Assembly: GCF_009914755.1 (NCBI RefSeq) | Contig: NC_060931.1 | Reading direction: 5' to 3' (one strand) | Origin: the human T2T-CHM13v2.0 reference genome, Homo sapiens | Length of the DNA: 64,000 nucleotides | Shown: in pieces, positions 50,360-64,000 of the stretch | Numbering within the stretch: position 1 is the stretch's first letter | Layout: every line of letters begins with the position of its first letter | Translations under genes and position numbers: made by a program | The notes under the pieces: generated by a model | Database searches by the model: none | What the model was told of the DNA's origin: nothing | Seen by the model: the letters and a program-made list of their open reading frames with translations, nothing else

Positions 50360-51900
50360 ATTCATTTACTCAGCAGACATTTCAATGTCTACTATGTGCT
50401 GATGAAATATAGATGAATGTCTCATATAGGACACAGACCTTTGGACTGTAAATGCTAATTCTGAGATACATTCAACACCTACAGAGGCCAGAGGAAGGGC
50501 ATGTGAGGTGGGGATGGCAGGTGAGTTGTTGAAGGCCTCTTGGAGGTGTTATCACTAAATTGAGTCCACCTTAAGGCACTGTCACCTAAAATAAGTACCA
50601 CCTACAGGGAAGGCATTCCTGGCCAAGGACTTAGAATACACAAAGGCAGATAAATGGAGAAAATGGTGTACAGCATGTGTGCATGTGTGCGTCTAAGGTA
50701 GAGCAAATCAGTGATGCTGGACAGGAAATGAGGAGTGGACATGAGGCTATAAACGCAGCACAGGCCAGATCAGGGAGGGTCAGGCTGGATTCCGAGCAGC
50801 ATCCTGCAGGCTAAAGGAACACTGAGGTGCTTTCAGCAGGGGACTGACACTCTGATTTTGTTAGAATACTCTGGTAGCAGAGTGGAGGGAGGCTGGATTG
50901 GAGTTAGGAAAACTAATTAGATAATTTCTGATTACAAGTTGAGTAATACAGAAATTACTTTCTGAAATGCTTGGGACCAGAAGTGTTTTAGATTTCAGAT
51001 TTTGGAATATTTGCATTTACTTACTGGCTGAGCATCCCTAATTTGAAAATCTGAAATCCAAAATGCTTCTAAGGACATTTACTTTGAGTGTCATGTAGGC
51101 ATACAAGACTTTATTCCATGTTCTGGAGCATTTCAGATTTTGGATCTGGGATGCTCAGCCTGTACTTCAGGAAGAAATTTGAGATTCTGAAATAAGAGTT
51201 GGAGAGAAGACACAGATTATAATGTTATTTAGTAGGTAAATCAATAGGATTATGTGGCCGATTAAATGTATAGGGTAATGGAGAGGGAAGTTTCATGTTG
51301 GGGGCTGCCTGAGCTGCCAAATGAGAGAATCAAAATAAATATAGTAAGTTCTGGGGGAATATGGTAAGCTTGGATTTGTTGCATCTGAGTGGAAATGTAT
51401 CAGTGACAGGTAGAATGATTTAGAAGTCTGGGCTGGAGACATAAATGTGTGGAGGCTGTAGTAGATAGCTCATAGCTGACACCACGTGAATGGCTGACAT
51501 CAGCCAAGATGAACATGGAGATAAATGGGATGTGTCAACATTTAAAAATGTGTGAAAAACAGACCGAGAGAGAAGGGACAGTCCACAGGGATTAGAAGAC
51601 CCCAAAAGATCATAGAACAAAGTAGTAAAGAAATGAATTCTTAGTAGTGGCAAATGCAGGAGAGCCCTCAGATAATGTAATAACAAAATTTATTCATTTG
51701 GCAATTAGAAGGTCACTGCTTTGTCCAATAAGAGGTGAGAACCAGATGGAAGATAACTGAATGGGAGGTGAGGCAGTAAATGGAGAGAAGTCTGATGTAA
51801 ATGGGAGAAGGGAGGCTAGAGCTGGTGTTATCAAGGGAGTTCTTTAAAAAAGGTGTGAGAAAAAGGAACATGTTTGTTAGCTGAAGAGGAAGGGCTGGAA
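50360..51900 (-). mobile_element. L2 (long, degenerate), interrupted by a Tigger4-type MITE
   Basis: CATTCATTTACTCAGCAGACATTT...CTACTATGTGC; GTCTGGGCTGGAGACATAAATGTG. Confidence 0.7.
50935..51162. mobile_element. Tigger4a/MER46A-type MITE
   Basis: TA-flanked TIRs CAAGTTGAGTA and TGCTCAGCCTG; CTGAAATGCTTGGGACCAGAAGTGTTT. Confidence 0.8.
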
Positions 51901-52025
51901 AGCGAGAGGCTCAGAGATCTGGCAGAACAACTCTGGCGAGTCAGGAAGACCTAATCAGAATTAAACGTGTAGCCAATTCAAGAGAGTTTGTAAGCGAGAT
52001 CGTTAATCCATCTCTATAAAAATTA

Positions 52026-54349
<2,324 letters not shown>

Positions 54350-54539
54350 TTATGTCAAAGAAATAACAGCTCAGTAGCCAATTACGGAATTTAAAAAATA
54401 TATAAAGCAGGTCAGGATAACTGTGTTTCTAACTGAATTCTGCTGCTAACCATGAAAAATGGCGCTTCTCTGGGGTGAACATAAATGAATGAGTAATAAA
54501 CCACGTACAAGTGGGATCTGGCCTCCGACTTTGTAGAAA

Positions 54540-55630
54540 ACCAAAGTACACACCTGCTTCCATCTTCTCCTTTCTTCTAGAAGGACCCCTATCATTCAAG
54601 GCCAATACCCTACCAAGTGCTTTGGATCTTACCTTTCTCCACCTTCTCTGGAACCCCAAATCATCACTGATGTCTTTTTGCTTTTATTTTCAACTCCTCC
54701 CTCTTTCCTGGACCTTTTTCAGATGTAAGGCTACAGCTAGAAGGACAAAGATACTATTGCCTCATTCTCTCCTCCCTTTTCGCAACCCACATTCAAAGAG
54801 GTATATAAGGGAGCTTCTTTCAGAAATAAGCCTCTTCTACTACCTGGAAAGGAATGTGTCTAAGGCACCAATTATTTCCAGGTGGCTAAATCCAGTAGCT
54901 GTTTTAAATTCTTCATCCTATTTGATCTCTCAGCAGCATTCAACAGCTGGGCTGAAAAATGTTTCCTCTGGCTTTTGTGACTTCACTCCTTCTGGTTGGA
55001 ACTTTCATCTCTTTAGCTATGCTTGTCATTTGGTCTGCTCATGTTCTGCCACTTAACCTTCAAGAGTTACTCATGGTTTAGCCCTAGATTCTCTTTATAC
55101 TCTAGCAGAGATCAGCACACTTTTCCTGTGAAGGGCCTCACAGTAAACTATTTTAGTTTTTACAGCCATAATTTCTCTGTTGCAACTAATCAGTGTTGCC
55201 ACTGTGGCAAGAAAACAGCCAAAGGCAGTAACTAAATAAATGGGTGTGGCTATGTTCCAATACAGTTATTTACAAAAACAGATGGTGGGCTGGATTTGGC
55301 TCATGGCGTGGGGTTTGCCAACTCCTGCTCTATACTATCCCTAGAAGAGTATCCTTTACTGTGTGCTTCCAAAGATGTATACCTTCCAAGGTATACATCA
55401 GTCATACCTTGAGGCCCTTCTGTCCACAAACCTGTATCATCAACTGCCTACTTAATACCTACATTTAGATATGTCAAAGGCGTCTCAAGCCTTAACACGG
55501 GAATCGTGCTCTTTCCTCTCAAATCTGATGTCCCTCCAGTGTTCTTCCTTAGTAAAAGGCACTGTCATCTATACAGTTGCACAAAGCAGAAAAGGAGTCA
55601 ACTCTGACACTTGCCCTTCTCTCATCTTCT
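54540..55630 (+). mobile_element. L2 fragment (interrupted by MER58A)
   Basis: TTGATCTCTCAGCAGCATTCAACA; CAACTGCCTACTT...TTAGATATGTC. Confidence 0.65.
55106..55327 (+). mobile_element. MER58A
   Basis: TIRs CAGAGATCAGCACACT and GTTTGCCAACTCCTG; GGGTGTGGCTATGTTCCAATA core. Confidence 0.85.
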
Positions 55631-55689
55631 AATTCTTTGAACTGGAGGAATACTTAAAACAGGTAGGCCTGAAAATGGCATTACTTGAA

Positions 55690-55746
55690 GCACACAAATT
55701 TAACACTTCACTAATAGAGCTAAACTTTATTTCCATGTTTATTACA
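55690..55746 (-). terminator. Candidate distal cleavage/polyadenylation site
   Basis: Minus strand: TGTA (55743-55746), two AATAAA (55738-55743, 55726-55731), then GU-rich GAAGTGTTAAATTTGTGTG. Confidence 0.6.
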
Positions 55747-56999
55747 TGTTTATAACTTGATGTTGAGTACATATTAGAATAGACTTAACATACAACTTGG
55801 GAGAAAAGCTGACATTCTCCACTGAATGGGTTAAAAAGGAATGTAAAACTACAAAATACTTAAGTGTGAGTTCTAAATTATGGCAAACAGAACAATAAAT
55901 ACCTTGCCATTTTTCTTTCTAATTTTCCAAGATAGATTTCATTATAAAAATTGTTTGATAACAATTTAAGAAGGGAAAACAAGGGATACTCATAAAAAAC
56001 ATTTTACTTTAATTATAGGGTACAAATAAGAGTCTTAACACAGAAATCCTACCTCCTATTTAAGATATAAATACTTGATGATATAATCAATCAAGAGGGA
56101 TTAATTAATGTCAGTTGAAAATCTAATGACTTAAATCCATAAATGCCATTTGCTTTTGTCTGGAAGATTTAGACTGATTTAAGGGTGACACACAGCAGAG
56201 TTCTAGTGGACATTCGTGTTAACCGTTTGGTGCTCAGAATGGAGATGGCCAAATACCAAGTGCTTAGTGACAGAAAGTCAGAATTAATCAGTTCCAAGTG
56301 ACTAAGAGCCAATAGAATTAATCTCCATCTCCTGATTTATGGTTGTGAACAAAGAGATAGCTTTTTTCACTGCAAATTTCTAAATTAAACTCTATTCTGA
56401 AGCTGCTGAAATTCACAGAACACAGAGAATACTGTCTGTACTATAATTTCAATGTTTAAACACAAAATTATGGGTGATTATCAAAACTATTATTGGTAAT
56501 AGTTTCTTTTGATTCTTTACACGCCCCTTAGCACATTTTGTGAAGAAATGTGTGTTTTTCTTAATACTACTCATCTTTACTCAAATACATTAAAAAATCA
56601 TTTTAAAATTATTTTATATCATGGATTACAGAAGACTTACTAAAAGTGAATAATGCTTATTGTTCTCACTACATGTTTAAAGAACCATCTGAAAAACATA
56701 TTCTTTCTAATACCACTTACAAAAAACATTTAATGAAGATAACACTTCTAATTAGGTTATTCTAGTGATCATTTTCTCATGTAACTATTTAAAACAGATG
56801 ATTTATGGCTTTTCAATTTTTAAAATTTCACATTTAATGTCATGTTAAAAACTTTTCTAAATCAGTCTTCCAGTATCGGATTCTTAAGTGAGAAAAAAGA
56901 AGACAAAAGAGGAAAATTCCGTATCAATTATTTAGCCTCCTCCCTTCCCTAGAAACCAACATTTCCTTTTAAATGCAAGGCACACTCCTTTTCTTAGAA

Positions 57000-57194
57000 C
57001 AGAGATCAGGAAACTTTTTGTGTAATTTTGTGTAAAGGGCAGGTTAATAAACATTTTGGGCTTTGCGATTCTCATTTGGCTTCTATTGCAGCTGTTTACC
57101 TTAGGCTGGAGTAGTGGGAAAGCAGCCATAGACAATCTGCATTTATAAAAAGAAGTCCAAATTTGGCCTTTGGGCTATAGTTGGCCAACCGCTG
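57000..57194 (+). mobile_element. MER58A inside the putative 3' UTR
   Basis: CAGAGATCAGGAAACT ... AGTTGGCCAACCGCTG; degenerate 8-bp TSD TCTTAGAA / CCTCAGAA. Confidence 0.75.
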
Positions 57195-58499
57195 CCTCAG
57201 AAGAACAGATCTACATACATAAAAGAATCATTCGAAAGAAACTGGTCTCTAGTCAGATGTGATGTATGATTCAGAATCTAGTAGCTAATCACTCTAGAAC
57301 ATTTTGATGTCAAGCACTTTGAATTTAGCCAACTTAAGATTCTTCTATTGAAACACATGTCATGCTTTTCATTGGAGATAATTTATCTTCATTTAAGAAT
57401 GTGCTTCAGTATTACTTATTGAGGGCATTCAGTTTAAAATTAATAAATGATGTCCATACAATTTAATATCCAATTTAATTTTTTAAAAACTTAATAAAAA
57501 ATATAACAGAATTGAAACATTTAAGTACACTCACTACCCACTCCAGTAATTCATTTAAGTCATACCAACTATAGAATATGAAAAATAAATTCAGAAGTGT
57601 AATTACTTTAAAATACACTACTTCCACTTTTGTAAGTATTTTACATTTATGTATATATTCTATAGTGGAAGCAGAAATTCTCTCTAAAAACATTATCTCC
57701 TTAAAATCTTGAGGTGCATATTAGAGCCACAGGCAATCTCTGACATATAAAATTGCAGTACAGGCCTTTCAAATTTGGCATTTCACTGGTACAATACAAC
57801 AACCAAGATATATAATAACTGTACAGTGCCTAGACATTCCAGTAAGAACCATTATTTTCTTTAATGTAGAATGATTAATACATATTCTACAAGGGGCAGT
57901 AAGGTTAGTAATTCTATAGGGTATGTCCCGACATAATTTTCAAATTGTACAATAACACAAACAACTTTGTTAAGGCCATGTTTTATTTGCTGATTAATGG
58001 ACAAAAGGCAATGTAATTTATTTTCAAGTATTTTCTTGAAAGTCTGTGCTCATAAAAATCATGAAAAGTTGGAAAGACTGTTAAATCACTGAAACTTCAA
58101 ATATATCTTACACAATCTTGTTTGTACAAAAATACAAGTTAAATATAAACATAAAGCAATCATGGTAATTTTATGCAAATCTGTTTTATGTGATCATCAG
58201 TTATATATAAAAGTTTCTCAGTTCTGTTATTTGTGAAAAGATCAATACCAGATTGAATGACTACCTATTGGCAAAGGGCCCTAAAAAGCTTACTTTAGCA
58301 CTCATCTTTTACATGGTTAAATGCATTTCCTAATTTGAGATCACCTAAACACTGGAAAAGAAAAAAAATGAAAGGGCAGTATGTCCATAAACCAACAAAT
58401 AATTTGGCTGTAATGTATCATAAAACACAAACCCCACACATCTGTACAATAAACATTATGTATTACATACACACAACACACACCCAGTCATAAAGCCTA

Positions 58500-58640
<141 letters not shown>

Positions 58641-60403
58641 TTATTAAGCAAAATACCTGAATCCTGGTTTGATGAATTAGACTAACCAACCAGTCAAATA
58701 CAGAGATGCCAATGGTGTTCAAATTGTGAGATGATTTGATGCATAAAAAATGCTAGTGGAACAAGGTACTATCTAAAATGGCCAATCACTGAGTTGCCTG
58801 GTATGTAGAAATATTTAACTTCTATGAAAAGGAATGACCTTAATACTACATTCTTAAACCAGTTTTCTTAAAGGAAAACCAAGAAACCTAGCTGACCAAT
58901 CTTTTTTTTCCTCAGGCTGAAGGAAGATGCCTGGGTGCCTAGGGAGAACTGTAATCATTGTGAGTGTGCAGCAAAAAAGCCTGGTAAACCCTGCCTTGTT
59001 CCTGGCCAACAAACTCAACAGTGATTAAACTTATCAAATGGAAGTTTAAGAAATTTGCTAGTGCTAAATTTGGGTCTAGAAAACCCACAAAAAGCCAAAA
59101 GCCAATCCCAAAACAGAAACAAAGAAAAACAAGTATTGCATTCTTGACTAACACACAGTGACTGGGTTAAAGATTCTGTTTATACTCCAAAAGTCAATGA
59201 CAAAGGTAATCCACTTCATCCATACAAGAGTAGCAAAGACAGATTGAAGAAATTAAATTCCCTTTGGGTCTGGTAGAGCCACTCCTGTCTCACTAAGGAG
59301 TTACCTGCTTCTGGTTTCTCTCTGAAAAATCCACAGAAGTAATCTCAATTTTCCACCTAGTCTGAAGATTGAGGTGCATATGACATTATCTAATATTTCT
59401 GTCATTGTGTTGCTTCAAACCACAGTGCTTTAGCTGTAGCATTTTCTTTCACAAATTTAAATTTAAGGGAATACTAGTTCCTACTCTTAAATCAAATTGC
59501 CTAGATGATTATGAATTATTTTCTAGTTTATTCTACTATCATTCACATACTCTTAAATCAGTGTCTTTTAAAAATCACACTTAGATTTTTACTTTTAGTT
59601 TGAAGTGACTTTAGCTCATCTAGGATAAACTAAATCTGCCAAAATCTTAGTAGGTACAAGAGTTACACAAAGCTTACTCAAATAATTGCCTAACAGGCTA
59701 TATAAAGGGATCTAATTCTAAAAGTTTGATTTACAAACATATTTTTTCATTAACGGTAACAAAGTTATTTCAATTCTGGCTCAAAACCTTAATAAATGTA
59801 AAAGTAACATGTTATAAGCAGTAATTGTGATGTAGTATAAAGAATCAAAATAGGAAGTAATAGTGCACTCATGTTTAGTGTACTTTTTTCTAATAATATG
59901 AATATTCATGAATAGTTCTGTCTAAAGTTTTTTTTGATCAAGTGGCTTAAAAACCAAAAATTTTTTAACTTGAGTTCACAAATATAAATGTACTTTTGTA
60001 TGCTAAAGACCATTAGATCATATGAACTACTTTAGTGTACTGTAAATTTTTCTAGTTTGGTTGATTTGAATCAGAAAACTTGGTTAAATCAAGGTTTCAC
60101 CATTTATTATGTAATCCAAATCAAGTCACCTTGTTTTCACATTTTATATTAAAGTAACATAGTTTGCTTTTGGATAAAGTGTATACAAACTTGCTGTCAA
60201 TCACTATACTTACGTAATATTTCTCCCTATGTATACACAGGCCCCGTGTTTATGACGTAGACACTTGTTTTGTATCTTATTTTGGTAGGCCAGGTCAGCA
60301 ATTGGACATTTTATAATAAAATATAATACTTTGTCTTCCACAAAAACAATAACATAAAAACCTCCTTTCTTATTAATTTGGTGAGCCAACCTACTATTGC
60401 TTA

Positions 60404-60577
<174 letters not shown>

Positions 60578-61729
60578 TTAAGAAAGTTAGACAAGTAGAA
60601 GACTAATCATCAGAAATGTCTAAACACTCCCTTACAAAAAAGCACATACATAATTTACATTTAAGTTTTAAGCACTTAATAGGTATAACTGAACCAATCC
60701 ACATCTGGCTTTCAGAAACATAACACTTTAGCCTGTTTTGAAGGATAGTCGTTTGTAATAAAGAAAAAGTATGACATCTTGGATATCCTTTTTGCCACTG
60801 AAGAACACCTAATACTCCATTTGTAGGAAGTCTGTGAGCATTCTAACATGTGACCCTTAAGGTATCTCTTTATATTACAAACTGCCTTTAAACTGACAGT
60901 AAGCACAGCATGTACATGCTGTTGAAGAAAAGCCCAACTATACCAACTACGCCAAAACCACACACACAATCTTTGGAGAGGGAACAAGAGTATTACTAAG
61001 GTAAAGGCTTTCCTATTTCATAACGTATCCCTCTTTTGGTACTTTTTACTTTTGCCTTGTTATTGTCAGAAGCAAAAGTCTTAGAGAACCTGAAGACAGC
61101 AGAGTGTTTCTACATCAGAAAGGTAGGCAGCAAAGAAACAGAAACAAGTGGCAGTGGAACAAGCAGCAACAAATGAGTCAATCCCAGAACTTTCCAAAGA
61201 AAGATCAAAGAGTGAAGCAGGGAATCAACTCAGGTGTTCTTAATTCTTAGCATCCTCCTGCCTCTGTCCCTTGCTCTATAGAATCTCCAGCTCTCAAGAC
61301 GTTACAAAGAAGCAAGGGGGGTTGTTGTTCACTTGCCTAGCTGTTCTATGGCTACTAGAACATGACTGTGGTATAACAATCCAAACCTCATATTCTACCT
61401 TCCTGTAACAGTTTGGTCAGTGATTATATACTTGCTTGTCTTTAATATATGATGGCTAGGTAAGCTGACATTCCTACTCAAATATTACTTTTTGATCTAA
61501 AGGTAAAAACGGCAGTGGGAAATGACTGACCTGTATTATCTCTCTTAAATAATCTTTTTCCTTATTGTTCTTCCTTTTTCCAAATCTCTGTCTCCTTAGG
61601 TCTGTTATTACCTAATATCTCCCTTCTTTCCTTGTTTCTGAGTTAAGGTCAGTAGTACCCAACAACATATTAACAGTCCACGGCCACATCAATCTTTGAC
61701 AAATGCACTCAATAACCACATTCTACCTA

Positions 61730-61918
<189 letters not shown>

Positions 61919-63960
61919 CTAGAAGATTAAAACAAAACAAAACCAAACCAAACCTTAATTTGGAAGAGAATGGAGATTATTTTCAAGGGACAATATTGAT
62001 GAATGAAGCATCCAAGACTGTTTTATAACACGGTCAATAAATAATTATAGCCCGCATTTTGTTTTTAAAGACCCACCCACCCCCAAAAGATGGATATGTG
62101 TGGAAGGAGAGGATTTCATGCATAGTTCCTGAATCTGCATTGCTGTCACTGTGGTTCTGGTAGGATTCGGGGAGTGAAGGAAATGAGAGAAAGTGAGAAA
62201 AAACTAGCTATAAATATCTAAGATTACTTGAGTCAACTTCTCTCATTCACCTCGTTAAGTTATTGTCCAGATCTCAGCAACACAAGCAATGGGAGCCAAT
62301 TTACTAGACTCTAGGAATGACTGTAATCATCACCAATAAGTCACAATACACTGTATAATTACATGTCATATGTAATGGAACATGTAAGAATCAAAGATAT
62401 TGGTGGCAAAAGAGTATAAAATACTTCTCCTATATAACAGTTGGTATACTGGTAGAGTCATTTTATTCTGGCTGATATACCAGTGCCAGAAACAAAATTA
62501 TGCACAGGTGCTGTGGGTGTTAAGATTACTGTATCATTTTTGGGAGAATGATTAGTTATAAACCAGCTAGAGAGACCTGTATGAACAGTTCTAAAAGAGT
62601 TCTTTCAAGGGACATACAACTTTAAAGATGTGTTTATTACCAATGTCATTTGTATTTCTTTCACCAAAGTCAAGTTTATTTACCTAGCATCTGCCTTAAT
62701 ATATTCAATCACTTTGATGATAGAATGTGGCAAGTGAAGTTTGGTAACCATTTATTTCATGAGAATAGTCAAACAGAAAGCAACTGGAAAGGCTGACTCT
62801 GTTTTAAACAGAACTTTCAGAAGTTATTAGAAAATCATAAGTGTAACAGCCTTATGTGTATCAAAGTTACCACATTCTCACCAAATAGTCTCAAATTGAC
62901 TTTTTTAATAGTCTCGAATTGACTTTCTTTGTTTTCAACACTGCAAAGGAAAAAACCCAACAAATCCCAAGCAACTTCATTTTTAAACAAATCTACATTT
63001 AGAAATGCAACTTTCTTTTTAAATGCCAACCATCTAATTTGAATCAAGATGAATCTAGAAGAATCAAGATGAAAACATATAAAACTTATTTAAAAGTGAT
63101 TCTTTTAGGATGCACGCAAATCCAGTCTCATGTCTTTATTGTACCTGAACCTAAAGGTACCCAAGGCCCCTGAGTTCAGGTTTTCCTTTAAATAATTGTG
63201 AACAAAGTGAATTTCAATACAGAAGAAATGCAAAGAGTAGAACAGAAAAGGGGAAGAAAAGGGAAACAGGTAGATGGAGGGTAAGGTAAAATATAGAGAA
63301 AATAGTTTCTGACCTGTCACCTCATTTTAGATATGCTTCAGAGGCAAAAACAAAATGAGGAAATAACAAAGAACAGTATCATCTAATATCATATCACTGT
63401 ATTTCAGGCCAAGTTTCTTTACCAAAAGTTTTAAAATTTAGACAATTTGGAGTTAAAGTGAATTTTGAGTCTGGGAAGAAAAACATTTAATACATGTGAG
63501 ACTTCAAAGAAAGCTTCCTCTTGCCAACTCTGATAATGCAATACTATGTTAATATTTTAATAAATCACTCCAATAGAAGTTTCAATGATACCCAAGAAGA
63601 CTGAATCCATAACTGAAACACAACAGAAAAAGAAGATAGGCGCTCTGTATTTTGTCCAACACAAAAGATATTTTTATTTTCCTAAATAAGCAGTTTCATT
63701 TTGGTACACAGTGCAAAGTGAAAACTTAGAGCAGGTTTACACTGTCAACCTCATGGGAATTCACAGGGGTGACAGGCTGAATAGCAAAGTCCAAGAGTGA
63801 GGCTGACGTCAAGGAAGAAAACAATTGTTGCAAATAAAGCAGATTTTTCATTTTATCAAAATTACAGCATCTAATTTAGTATACAAAGCAAAACTGAATT
63901 CTTTTTCCTGCTTCTAAGAACATATTTTTCATACCAATGAATGTAAAGAAATTACAAGTA

Positions 63961-64000
63961 CAGATGGTCACAAACATACAATGGTTCAACTTAACAACGG
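63961..64000. mobile_element. Possible Tigger5/MER47-type terminus (cut by window edge)
   Basis: TA|CAGATGGTCAC...TACAATGGTTCAACTTA resembles a Tigger TIR. Confidence 0.35.

Overview
Repeat-rich primate DNA (Alu J/S/Y and L1PA content is human-like), not prokaryotic. I find no host protein-coding exon. Nearly every ORF in the track is transposon-derived or a chance ORF. Positions 1-55.6 kb are intergenic- or intronic-type sequence built from Alu, L1, L2, MIR, ERVL/MaLR LTRs and Tigger/hAT/mariner elements. They include a full-length, decayed L1PA4/5-like element (16135-23501) interrupted by a younger twin-primed L1, and a U6 pseudogene fused to an old L1 3' end. From about 55.7 kb to the window end the sequence is AT-rich and repeat-poor, with minus-strand poly(A) signals. 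It looks like the distal part of a very long 3' UTR of a minus-strand gene that I cannot name. I do not see a new multi-gene system. The most unusual signals are two non-canonical insertions that look like break-repair products: a tail-less 223-bp inverted copy of a neighbouring Alu, and a 2.3-kb young L1 ORF2 fragment with no poly(A) and microhomology at both ends. An intact, extended L1 ORF0 is also present. Subfamily names are by-eye matches to remembered consensus sequences, and boundaries of old repeats are approximate.
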